Assembly: GCF_030028105.1 (NCBI RefSeq)
Contig: NC_092389.1
Coordinates: 31,282,339-31,346,338 of the forward strand
DNA: 64,000 bases
Reading direction: 5' to 3'
DNA from: Mobula birostris
Lineage: Eukaryota
Shown here: one piece after another, positions 1 to 10,785 of the stretch
How the letters are laid out: each line of letters starts with the position of its first letter
Position numbering within the stretch: the first letter of the stretch is position 1
Translations under genes and position numbers: made by a program
The notes under the pieces: model-generated
Told to the model about the DNA's origin: nothing
Databases searched by the model: none
What the model saw: the letters and a program-made list of their open reading frames with translations, nothing else

Positions 1-221
1 TGCAGACTTGACGATAATTTTGATCACACACCTTAAGCAGGTCTTGAGTTCATTGTGATGTTTGCTGACATCATGAAGTGTAACAATGGCATAGCATCAT
101 CAGATGTAACCCCTATACGACCACTTTGGGTACTGTATCAATAGCAGCTTAAATGTACGTAATAACCTGGTGGTTATTATACCTATTAATAGTTTGGTAT
201 CTCATCTACGGATCGGAAGAC

Positions 222-734
222 ATGAGCAGCACAACCACCATCCAAGACATGGACTCCAAGGATCGCAGCAGTTCCAGAGTGATGCAGCCTCCAGGTGGTG
301 AATCCAGTATCTCATTGGGGGTGGAGGAAAATGCCAAACCAGTGCATTCCCGTCCAAGCAAAACCGCATCCAATATCTTTGGGCCACCATTGCAAAATCA
401 ACCTGTGGCTAGAAGAAGGAACCCGCCAGGTGGAAAAAGTAGTGGTATCTTTCAGGCAGCTACCACTGAAACACCTGATCGAAAGCAACGGAGAAATCCT
501 CCTGGTGGCAAGGCAAGTGGCATCTTTGACATTGTGGAAATACCTCCCAAAACTCTGGATATCGCAACTGGGGAAGGTGAAAATAGCCCAGGTTCCTCCG
601 AAACTGAAAACCAAATGGAAGCCCAGGGAAAGAGAGGAGAGTGTGTGCCTGGGCCAGTAGAGTCTGCTCAACCTGAACCAGTAAGGCGCAAGAGAGTCCC
701 ACCTGGTGGATGGTCTACCATTGTGCTGGGGTAA
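222..734 (+). CDS. Jupiter microtubule-associated homolog (HN1/JPT family) protein, intronless, copy 1 (170 aa from the MSSTTT start)
   Basis: The translation has HN1-family hallmarks: MSSTTT..SSRVMQPPGG, ASNIFG, two internal RRNPPGGKxSGIF repeats and C-terminal PPGGWSTIVLG. The ATG at 222 has a purine at -3, and AATAAA lies at 771-776. JPT1 versus JPT2 cannot be resolved by eye. Confidence 0.88.
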   Translation: MSSTTTIQDMDSKDRSSSRVMQPPGGESSISLGVEENAKPVHSRPSKTASNIFGPPLQNQPVARRRNPPGGKSSGIFQAATTETPDRKQRRNPPGGKASGIFDIVEIPPKTLDIATGEGENSPGSSETENQMEAQGKRGECVPGPVESAQPEPVRRKRVPPGGWSTIVLG

Positions 735-770
735 ATCGACTGTTCAGCTCAGTGTATCAGCTGCAGACTG

Positions 771-776
771 AATAAA
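771..776 (+). promoter_or_regulatory. Polyadenylation signal of Jupiter-like copy 1 (copy 2 at 2237-2242)
   Basis: AATAAA 36 nt after the stop codon, followed by T/GT-rich sequence. Confidence 0.6.
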
Positions 777-989
777 CGTTGATTTTATTGCAACCTTAAA
801 ATTTGAGCGTCACCATTTTGTATTGACACTTTATATTTGAAGATTGATTGCGCTTATTAGATAATGCCGCAAACTGCTATTCTTCCCTAATTATGTCACA
901 TGTTTTCGTGTAGTTGCATTACCTCAATTACATTGATTTCATCTACATCACTTGTAAGACGAAAATCATCTTGTTAAAGAATAGTAATT

Positions 990-1279
990 ATCGCACGTTA
1001 TACTTTTAAACTTCTTGTTTTTCCAAGTCTATCTGCTTTTTCAGGTTTTCCTTTTCTTGGATCATAGCCTGCAGTTGTTTACTGAGACCTCGGAGTTCTT
1101 CTTCATTTGCTTCCATGTTTTCATTTTATAATCTGAATGTAGATAGTTCACTTTGCAACAAATTCCTTTTCTTTTTTTATCCTTGTAATAATTTCCTCCA
1201 TTTTCCAATCTCTTTTCCAACTCACGGTTGTTCTTGTCGGGTGCATCTATTTGTTTTTGGAGTTCTGCACATTTACCCT
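990..1279 (-). pseudogene. Decayed coiled-coil ORF of unknown origin (partial second copy at about 2450-2633)
   Basis: With frameshifts it reads KCAELQKQIDAPDKNNRELEKRLE / MEEIITRIKKEKE / LQSELSTFRL*NENMEANEEELRGLSKQLQAMIQEKENLKKQIDLEKQEV. It is E/K/Q-rich with a heptad pattern. Confidence 0.5.
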
Positions 1280-1490
1280 GGGCTTCAACCATAAAATCTG
1301 AGGATTTTCCTTAAGTTCTGAAACATATTTCTTTCATTCTTGACCATTTGCGATAGGTATACTGCCATTAAGATTCCATCTCCCCTGCCTGTGAACTGCT
1401 GGATTCTCCATTCAGCGTTTCTTTGACTTCTTTCCACCTAATTCCTTTAATATCAAGATACTTTTCTGCAGACTTGACGATAATTTTAAT
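1280..1490 (-). mobile_element. I/Nimb-type LINE: ORF1 C-terminus plus decayed start of the ORF2 AP endonuclease
   Basis: The minus strand reads IKIIVKSAEKYLDIKGIRWKEVKETLNGESSSSQAGEMES*, then IANGQE*KKYVSELKENPQIL.WLKPRV. This resembles the NARSLIANGQE...CIQETWLKP start of fish I/Nimb ORF2. Confidence 0.7.
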
Positions 1491-1687
1491 CACACACCTT
1501 AAGCAGGTCTTGAGTTCATTGTGATGTTTGCTGACATCATGAAGTGTAACAATGGCATAGCATCATCAGATGTAACCTCTATACGACCACTTTGGGTACT
1601 GTATCAATAGCAGCTTAAATGTACGTAATAACCTGGTGGTTATTATACCTATTAATAGCTTGGTATCTCATCTACGGATCGGAAGAC

Positions 1688-2200
1688 ATGAGCAGCACAA
1701 CCACCATCCAAGACATGGGCTCCAAGGATCGCAGCAGTTCCAGGGTGATGCAGCCTCCAGGTGGTGAATCCTGTATCTCATTGGAGGTGGAGGAAAATGC
1801 CAAACCAGTGCATTCCCGTCCAAGCAAAACCGCATCCAATATCTTTGGGCCACCATTGCAAAATCAACCTGTGGCTAGAAGAAGGAACCCGCCAGGTGGA
1901 AAAAGTAGTGGTATCTTTCAGGCAGCTACCACTGAAACGCCTGATCGAAAGCAACGGAGAAATCCTCCTGGTGGCAAGGCAAGTGGCATCTTTGACATTG
2001 TGGAAATACCTCCCAAAACTCCGGATATCGCAAATGGGGAAGGTGAAAATAGCCCAGGTTCCTCCGAAACTGAAAACCAAATGGAAGCCCAGGGAAAGAG
2101 AGGAGAGTGCGTGCCTGGGCCAGTAGAGTCTGCTCAACCTGAACCAGTAAGGCGCAAGAGAGTCCCACCTGGTGGATGGTCTACCATTGTGCTGGGGTAA
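1688..2200 (+). CDS. Jupiter/HN1-family protein, intronless, copy 2
   Basis: Same ORF exactly 1466 bp downstream, with no indels and 5 amino-acid differences (D>G, S>C, G>E, L>P, T>N). AATAAA at 2237-2242. Confidence 0.88.
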   Translation: MSSTTTIQDMGSKDRSSSRVMQPPGGESCISLEVEENAKPVHSRPSKTASNIFGPPLQNQPVARRRNPPGGKSSGIFQAATTETPDRKQRRNPPGGKASGIFDIVEIPPKTPDIANGEGENSPGSSETENQMEAQGKRGECVPGPVESAQPEPVRRKRVPPGGWSTIVLG

Positions 2201-2633
2201 ATCGACTGTTCAGCTCAGTGTATCAGCTGCAGACTGAATAAACGTTGATTTTATTGCAACCTTAAAATTTGAGCGTCACCATTTTGTATTGGCACTTTAT
2301 ATTTGAAGATTGCGCTTATTAGATAATGCCGCAAACTGCTATTCTTCCCTAATTATGTCACATGTTTTCGTGTAGTTGCATTACCTCAATTACATTGATT
2401 TCATCTACATCCCTTGTAAGACTAAAATCATCTTGTTAAAGAATAGTAATTATCACACGTTATACTTTTAAACTTCTTGTTTTTCCAAGTCTATCTGCTT
2501 TTTCAGGTTTTCCTTTTCTTGGATCGTAGCCTGCAGTTGTTTACTGAGACCCCGGAGTTCTTCTTCATTTGCTTCCATGTTTTCATTTTATAATCTGAAT
2601 GTAGATAGTTCAGTTTGCAACAAATTCCTTTTC

Positions 2634-3732
2634 CTTGACGATAATTTTAATTTTCTCAGTTCTTTTGCTTGTTTGCGCTGAACAATTAATTGCATCCACC
2701 ATAAAAAAGTATGAAGTCCTTTCTACTCATTAATAGTGTATCCTTGTTTTTCATATTACAGCTCTCACAATTCACCAGTTTATTATTCCCTGTATTTGTT
2801 TGCTTGACAACCTTTTTTTCTTCAAATTCTTTCACTGCCTCTGCATAACTGATTCCTTGAGTTACTTTTACATATTGTATCTCAGCTGCCTTCTTGCTAT
2901 AAATGCACCCTCGATAAGCTGCGCTGTGTTCCTTGCCACAATTGCAGCATTTCAGCCTATCTCCCACTTCACATTTCCCATATTTATGTTTTCCAATGCA
3001 TCTCCCACATCTTTGTTTTGCTCTGCAGACCGCTGCAATGTGCCCAAATTTCTGACATTTATAGCATCTTAGAAGCGGTGGTATATATATTCTAACAGCA
3101 TAACACATATACCCAAAGTAAACGTTAGTTAGCAATCTCTCTTCATCAAAGTTAATCATTACCGATAAACTATCACACCTTTTCCTGTTTCTTGTAACTT
3201 TCAAATGTTTGACCTCAATAATTTTTGCTCCTTTTCTGTTCTGTTTAATCTCATCCATAGTAACTTTTGTTGGTATCCCAGAAATAACTCCTCTAGTCCA
3301 CTTTCTATTGTTGGGTATTGAGCATTGTACTTATGTGCCGTCTATCTTACATAATCTTATCACTTTGCCTTGCTGAGCACTATCCCAACAAATCACTAAT
3401 AGCGATCCATTTCATAAAATCTTTGCTCTTTTAATCTTGCCTATAATTTTGTTGAGCATCTTCGTCAACCAAATCGGGTTCCAATCACCAAAAGACTCCT
3501 CGCTTAGTTTTATAATTACTTTAATCTCATCTTCTTTCCATTGTTTTGCTGTCCTGTTTTGATCATCCGCTGACTCCTCAGAGTTTGATATCCCGTACCT
3601 CTGCTTTCTTTTCTTCCTCTTTCCATTCCATTCCTCTTTACCGCCAACCTCCATCTCTAGTTCACTTCCACTCTCGCCAAAAACTTCCTTTAACAGCTTG
3701 GCTCTTTCCTTGATGTTCTCTCTCTCTGCCAT
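2634..3732 (-). mobile_element. Non-LTR retrotransposon (I/Nimb/Jockey group) ORF1 gag-like protein, disrupted by stops
   Basis: ORFs 3412-3771 and 2686-3258 are in frame across two stops. Motifs include NP.WLTK, GSLLVIC, RGVISGIP and three CCHC knuckles (CYKCQKFGHIAAVC, CGRCIGKHKYGKC, CCNCGKEHSAAYRGC). Confidence 0.88.
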
Positions 3733-4519
3733 TTTCCAGTCAGTCGTCTCGACCCATTGCTTCCAACACACACTCCCAGCTCATCTCTCCACGCTCAGCC
3801 AACCAAAACCGCAGCCACAGCCAGGGGCTGAATCCTGAAGGTATTTATGAAGCCAGCCCAAACGTGAATCAGTGGCCTCAACAGAAACTGGGGAAAACTG
3901 GAAAACCTGGAATAAGGAACATGGACCAGACTGTGAATCGGAATGCAGATTTCATGGACCGGACCATGACAAAGAGAGATTATTTCAACAGAACAGAATT
4001 CCAAAGTACAAACATGTTTAGAATTTTGTGCAACTGGAACAATTTGGAATTAAGAGTAAATTATTTTAGATTTTTTTTCTTCCTACTCCACGCATTTCAA
4101 CAGAAAGCTTGCAGATGAAGTTTTCTTTCCATTATAGAGGCAATATATTGGTCGAAGTATTATCTATGCGGTGGAGTGTCTGCATTGTAACATTGATGAA
4201 ATACACACAGAGCCAGTTATTGCCAAGATTCATAAGGAAACAGATGTGAGTGTGGGATGCAAGGAGCAGATGCCAAGCTGACATTTCCCCTTCTTGTGCA
4301 CATGAGCATTCCTAAAGCTCTCAGCCATAAAAACAAAGAAAGGCTTGCTTTTAAATAGCACCGCCAGCATCCAAAGGTGCTTTTAAAGTTAATTAAAGAT
4401 ACTATAATTTAAACTGGTAGACTAAAGCTCACTGCATCTTATGAACCTTTTGAACAGAAGGTGAATGAAATGACACCAATATCCTTCAATGCACTCGTAC
4501 CCACAGACACTATTGTAGG

Positions 4520-4760
4520 TATCAGATCAGCCTTCTGGAAAGCAAACTGAGGGAGGAAGGTATCTGGCTTGGATGGAGTCCTTGGCCAATCCTGTGCAGA
4601 TCAGCTGGCAGAGGTACTTTTTAATCTCTTCAATCTTGCTTTCCCCTTGTACTACCTCAATGTACTTCTGGTTTGAAATTATCTGAATGGATGGCATGAT
4701 AATTAAGTTTTTCTTTGTATCTTGGTATATATGACAATAATAAATCAATGCCAATTCCAG
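4520..4760 (+). mobile_element. Old Rex1/Babar LINE RT fragment
   Basis: Decayed DGV.G..CADQLAEV..FNL motif, similar to about 44640-44720. Confidence 0.5.
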
Positions 4761-4837
4761 TTGATGGAGTTGCACTTGTAATTATTATTATAATGTAAGA
4801 TCCAGAAACCCCGGTAAAACATTTTTGTTGTGATGAA

Positions 4838-4960
4838 GACACAAGACTCTGCAGATGCTGGAAATCTGGAGCAACACCCAAATGGAGGAGGTTAGTGTGT
4901 CAGGCAGCAACTATGGAGGGAAATAGATTGCTGACACTTTGGGTTGATACCCTTCATGGA
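4838..4960 (-). repeat. Penelope terminal-repeat fragment (degenerate hammerhead region)
   Basis: ctgcagatgctggaaatctggagcaacac...ggcagca...acccttcat is the reverse complement of the terminus at 26375-26470. Confidence 0.65.
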
Positions 4961-5484
4961 AAAAAAGGAGATAGCCAATATAAAAAGGTGGGAGAGGGCA
5001 ATAAGTGTCTCCTGGTGAGATTGTGGTGTTGATTTTGAGCCAGGAATCCACTTCTCATCTTCCTTTGCTTTCCTAAGTCATACATTATATCATTGAACTC
5101 AACCCAAAATGGAAAAGGGTGGGAGTGCTGAGGGGTGGATTTATGGTGGGGAGGCTGTTGTTAATGTTCTATCTGAACGTGGTTAAGTGTCAGCTCCAGC
5201 TGTGTTAATGTGTCAGTTCACATTTTGTGCTTAATTCTTTGGAGAGAGGCGGCCAGGTCAGAAAGCCAAGTAAACAACATGAACAAGAGTCTTTTCTTTC
5301 TTCCAGTGCTCTACAGCTGCAATGGGCAACTTACCCTGATGAAAGCAGGGGCTGGTGAGCAGAATGAATGAGACCTGTTCAAATTATCTTCACAACTGTC
5401 AGAGGGCTGCAGCCGAAAGGGGGTCAGTCAAATGCTGGGCAGTAGTTGGTGAATGTGTTGATGCTGTGCCGTGTGCGTGTACAG

Positions 5485-5975
5485 GCGGTGGGCTTATGCA
5501 GCAGGTAGTGCTGCTACCTCACAGCTCCAGGCATGTGGAAATGATTCTGACCCTGGGTTTTCTCTGTAATCCGTTGTCTTTCCTCCAGGCGCTCTGCTTT
5601 GTCTCCACATCCCAAGCAAGTGCTGATAGGTTACTTAGATATTATACATTACTCCTATTGTAGATAAATGATCACAAAGCATGAAATGGAAGCTCACTAG
5701 CAAGGGAAAATCTGCAAATGCTGGAAGTCCAGGCAACACACAAAATGCTGGTGGAACTCAGCAGGCCAGGCAGCATCTATGGAATATCTATGTAAACAGT
5801 CAACTTCTCGGACTGAGACCCTTCATCATTCCTGTGTTGCACAAAATGGAAGTTGGTGGTCATGCATGGGTTTCATGGGTACAGGGCATAAATGGAACCA
5901 AATGGGATGACTGTCCTGAACACAGCCAGGGACGTGATGGACTAAATGGTTTCCTCTGTTATTGTGAGTGTAAGG
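5485..5975 (+). mobile_element. tRNA-derived V-SINE/HE1-like SINE interrupted by a Penelope terminal fragment (about 5700-5830, minus strand)
   Basis: Head gtagtgctgctacctcacagctccagg, core ttcctccaggcgctctgctttgtctccacatccca and CR1-like tail gatggactaaatggtttcctctg. The insert is aaatctgcaaatgctgg...gagacccttcatca. Confidence 0.6.
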
Positions 5976-7254
5976 TAGGATAGTAATGCACAGACCAGTT
6001 CTCCACGGGGCAGTCCCAGCTTCTGATTGCTCACAACCTTGCCCACTATGCAGGCCATGTGAAAATGAGACCAGTCAGGACCAGATGGTCCATTAACCCT
6101 GCTACTCCTTTCAAACAGATATCCCTGCTTGCCCGCCATCTGACCTTTTCTTCACTGTCGGGGGAAACAAGGTGAAAATAGGCTCAGTGCTGGAGGTGAA
6201 ATACTTGTCATCTCGTGACATAGTTGTTGAATTATTATCCACACATCTGACCTGAAGGCATGAGTACGAATCTCAGCATACCACAGCATTGTTTGCGAAC
6301 TCTCTTTGCGAGAAGAATCTGCCAAGGTCTGGGCTATATGTGACTCTAGACCCATTAATGTGGTTGCTTCTTAACTTCCTCCACAATTCAAGGTTAATTA
6401 GGATGGGCAATAAATGCCGAAGGTGATCACATCCCACAAGTAGTTGAAAAGAATGTCCCGGCAACTGAAAAAGTATCAGGAGGTCGTGTCTATATGGTAT
6501 CACATCCTAATTCCTAACTATAACAATCCCTGTGTCAGTCAGGAACTGGCACTGATCTCTTCTAAGCTGTCCACACTAGCTGGCAGGCCATTCAGGTGAC
6601 TTAAGACACCCCAAAGGAGATAAAATGGCTCCCGACGTCCAAGTTATTCCTACTCTTATACAGCATGTAATGCCAGCTCCTACCTGACTCATTAAACTGG
6701 AAGCACCAGCATCTTGTTTGCAATTCATCCCTCTGCCAGTTCTGCAAAGTCAGTGTGGTTCTAAGGTACGTGAGCATTCAGACTGAGTATTGGGGTTCTT
6801 TCTCCAAGAATCATTCTACTAGCTCTTCTTCCATCTACTCTCTCACCCCGCCATAGTCGAAACCCTGTAGTTGGACCAGTGACCTGCACTGTGACAGGAT
6901 TTGTACTGAATGGTGCTATAAATGTGGTTAGCCTGATGTAGTTTTTTTAGAATTGTTGCAAATGAGTGATCTATGTGCAAAGACCACTAAATGCATTTGT
7001 CTCTCAACGTTCCTCAGTATCATTCCCAACTGCAAGGTGTTGGCTCCACAAGCAAGCATGAAAGCCCATTTATCTCAGTTAAATGCTGCTTGACAATGTG
7101 AGGTACACATCCCCAGTTCATATAAATAGTCTTCTGTCATCTAAAACTTCCTTGACAGGCTCAGCAAGGTTAATGAGAAAAACAGTGAGCAGTGGCACCG
7201 GGGGTGGCCCCAAGTGTCATCAGCCTATACCAGACCCATTCAAAGTTTGAATGC

Positions 7255-8741
7255 AGAGGGGATTTAAAATGTCGGTATCTACGGGTGAGGGGCTGGAGGA
7301 TTGGAGGATAGCTCATGTTGTTCCGTTCATTAAAAAAGGCTCTAAAAGTAATCTGGGAAATTATAGGCAGGTAAATTTGACATCGGTAGTAGGTAAGTTA
7401 TTGGAGAGAGTACTAAGAGACAGAATCTACAAGTATTTGGATAGACAGGGACTTATTAGGGAGAGTCAACATGGCTTTGTGCGTGGTAGGTCATGTTTAA
7501 CCAACCTATTAGAGTTTTTCGAGGAGGTTACCAGGAAAGTGAATGAAGGGAAGGCAGTAGATCTTGTCTACATGGACTTCAGAAAGGCCTTTGACAAGGT
7601 CCCGCATGGGAGGTTAGTTAGGAAGATTCAGTCGCTAGGTATACATGGAGAGGTGGTAAATTGGATTAGAGATTGGCTCAATGGAAGAAGCCAGAGAGTG
7701 GTGGTAGAGAATTGCTTCACTGAGTGGAGACTTGTGACTAGTGGTGTGCCATAGTACTGGGTCCATTGTTATTTGTCATCTATATCAATGATCTGAATGA
7801 TAATGTGGTAAATTGGATCAGCAAATTTGCTGATGAAACAAAGAGTGGACAGTGAGGAAGGTTTTCAAAGCATGCAGAGGGATTTGGACCAGCTGGAAAA
7901 ATGGGCTGAAAAATGGCAGATGGAGTTTAATACAGATAAGTGTGAGGTATTATACTTTGGAAGGACAAACCAAGGTAGAACATACAAGGTAAATGGTAAG
8001 GCACTGAGGAGTGCAGTAGAACAGAGGGATCTGGGAATACAGATACAAAATTCCCTAAAAGTGGCGTCACAGGTAGATAGGGTTATAAAGAGAGCTTTTG
8101 GTACATTGGCCTTTATAAATCAAAGTATTGAGTATAAGAGTTGGAATGTTATGGTGAGGTTGTATGAGGCATTGGTGAGGCCGAATTTGGAGTATTGTGT
8201 TCAGTTTTGGTCACCAAATTACAGGAAGGATATTAATAAGGTTGAAAGAGTGCAGAGAAGGTTTACAAGGATGTTGCCGGGACTTGAGAAACTCAGTTAC
8301 AGAGAAAGGTTGAATAGGTTAGGACTTTATTCCCTGGAGCATAGAAGAATGAGGGAAGATTTGATAGAGGTATATAAAATTATGATGGGTATAGATAGAG
8401 TGAATGCAAGCAGGCTTTTTCCACTGAGGCAAGGGGAGAAAAAAAACAGAGGACATGGGTTAAGGGTGAGGGGGGAAATGTTTCAAGGGAACATTAGGGG
8501 GGGCTTCTTCACACAGAGAGTGGTGGGAGTGTGGAATGAGCTGCCAGATGAGGAGGGAAATGCGGGCTCACTTTTAACATTCAAGAATAACTTGGACAGA
8601 TACATGGATGGGAGGTGTATGGAGGGATATGGTCCAGGTGCAGGTCAGTGGGACTAGGCAGAAAAATGGTGCAGCACAGCCAAGAAGGGCCAAAGAACCT
8701 GTTTCTGTGCTGTAGTTTTTCTATGGTTCTAATGTTCTATG
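7255..8741 (+). mobile_element. CR1 LINE, 5'-truncated ORF2 reverse transcriptase plus 3' tail
   Basis: Motifs NYRQVNLTSVVGKLLE, QHGFVRGRSCLTNL, YMDFRKAFDKVPH, SGVP, LVRPNLEYCVQFWSP and WNELP. The tail is (ttctatg)-like. Confidence 0.95.
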
Positions 8742-8914
8742 GGATTAAATGAAAGAATCTCTCATTCTGCAGTGTGGCTCTCCCACCACAGTTCCTTGTT
8801 TCCCAGTCTCCTAAAAAGCCCTGTCAGTGAGCAGGCTTGCCTGGAAGCCTGTGTGGTGTTACCCAGTGCCCTGTCCCTGGACAAGGTGAGATAGCAGCTT
8901 GAAAAGGAAATGCA

Positions 8915-9290
8915 GATCAGATCAGACTTATTTATCACATGTACTGTAGATAGTAAAACATGCAGTGAAACACATTGTTTCCACTAACAACCAACACATT
9001 AAAGGATGTGCTGTGGAGAGCCACCAAGTGTCACCACCCATTCTGGCGCCAACATAGCATGCCCACAATGTTCAACACAACAATAGCACAACACACAGCA
9101 CACAGCAACATTAGCAGCATCATCAACAATAACAGAATGAAACAAGACAACAGCAGCAAAACAAGACCCTTCCCACCTTCACACACCCAAGCCTCTAACC
9201 CCAGGGCAGATCACCTTCAGGCCTCCATCCCTTGGCCCCGGACTCTGAAACTCGCAGACAAACTGCCACAGCTTACCACTAAGACAAGCC
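8915..9290 (-). repeat. Non-autonomous interspersed repeat with (TCTGA)n tail; related copies at about 13135-13330 (minus) and 42090-42385 (plus)
   Basis: The block atttatcacat..aaacat..gaaacacatt.ttt.ca.taacaaccaaca is shared among the copies. Confidence 0.55.
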
Positions 9291-10344
9291 CTCATGTGGC
9301 AGAGCCCCCTTCAGTAATGAAACACATTCGTCCCATCCAGGCCTGTTAAACACATCGCAGTCATTTTTGCTCTTTAATCATTCAACACAAGATTCCTTTT
9401 ATAACTCTTCAGCTCACTTGGCTTGACCAGACTTGGGCTGGCTACCCATCGGAGTCTGAGCAGAGCACTGTAATATTGAAGCTTGACACCCTGCAGTTTC
9501 TACTCAACTGATTTAACAATGTACTTCAGCAATCTATTTGTTTTATAGCTGATCCAGAGTGATTTGACATGTTAAATATCAAGTGTACTATCAGCCCAGA
9601 CCTGTTTCCACTTCAATTGCGATTTCTACATCATCCTTTGTACAAGTATTTGACCATTTTTCATTCTAATGGGCAATCCTTTCACTTGCCTCTATTAAAT
9701 TTTATCTCTAGCTGTAGTTCATTTCTAGCTTTTATCTAACTCCTTTTGCAAATCCCTGACTGCTTCAGTCTGTCACAAAACCCTTTCAAACTTTTGGCTG
9801 CAGATTTATATTGTCCCAAATCCAGAAAGGAAGGTCAATTTCCATAGTGTGTTTCGTGATGATCCAGAGACTTTTAATCTGCAGTCAATACTATAATGTA
9901 AGAAACACCAACAAAATGGAAACAACATAATAGCATACTTCTTACAACACAATACAAAAAACAACATGACTTCATTTCTAGTAGAACTATATCCAATGCA
10001 ATACTTTGTCTTCTTTGGTAATCCTTTCAGATTAAGGATGACTTGCTTCCATTCTAAATTTACAGGTTCTGTGATTGAGGATGCCATTGTGTTTGCTTCT
10101 GTTTGCTTCCAATGCAAGGCTCCCAGTGCTATCTCCAAATGCTTCTTCTGCCCATCAATCACCGGGATTTTGTGCTTTTCCAAGGAAGTTTGATCTTTTT
10201 TCGCTCTTTCACCTGGAAGATGGTGCCACGCTTGGTCACAACAGCCTGTCTAGGCCCAATGAATGGGGCAATTGTGTCTCTTAAGCATTTGTCTTTTGAT
10301 TGCAAGTTGAACATTGGAAATATAAAGTACTGCAAGTCCGGTTC

Positions 10345-10785
10345 ATTGGTGAGACCGATGGCAGGGGAGCTGCGTGGCTTTGGTTATTTTGTGGACCAAG
10401 CCCTCATGCCACGACATCTTGTGTTACAGCCACCCAGGACAGCTCTCCCACCAATGCTGCTCTCCAGTGTTCACTCTGTGGAAGACAGGCTGGATTGCGT
10501 TTGTCTGCGGCTGACCAAGGAAGAGGTGAGGAATTGCTCTGTACTTGTTCTTGCAGAAACATGGCTTCAGGACAACATCCATGCACCATCAAGCTTCAGG
10601 CCATGCCACTCAGGAACTTGTGCTAAAGTAATTTTTTGTGATGATATGTGCTATTATAAATATACATGCTGTGTGTATGCACTGACTGTATATACTGCGA
10701 TTTGTACCTTGGCCATAGAGAAAAGTTGTTTTGTTTTACTGCTTTACATGTGTATGTTTGAATGACAATTACACTTGAACTTGAC
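10345..10785 (+). mobile_element. Internally deleted Rex1/Babar element: AP endonuclease N-terminus joined to a 3' tail
   Basis: LPPMLLSSVHSVEDRLD...RNCSVLVLAETWL matches the LPSILLANVRSL..LTETWL motif. It ends in gaatgacaattacacttgaacttga. Confidence 0.65.

Larger units (their letters stand above)
1..2633. repeat. Tandem duplication, period 1466 bp (unit 1 = 1-1466; unit 2 = 1467-2633, truncated)
   Basis: tgcagacttgacgataatttt recurs at 1 and 1467. Near-identity runs to about 2633, with one 4-bp indel in the 3' flank. Confidence 0.97.

Noticed and set aside
202-702. Overlapping and antisense ORFs on the Jupiter CDS (and their duplicates at 1668-2168)
   Set aside because: They are shadow frames of the real CDS with no recognisable motifs.
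9806-10330. Minus-strand 125-aa ORF or possible terminal exon
   Set aside because: No recognisable homology and only weak splice signals.
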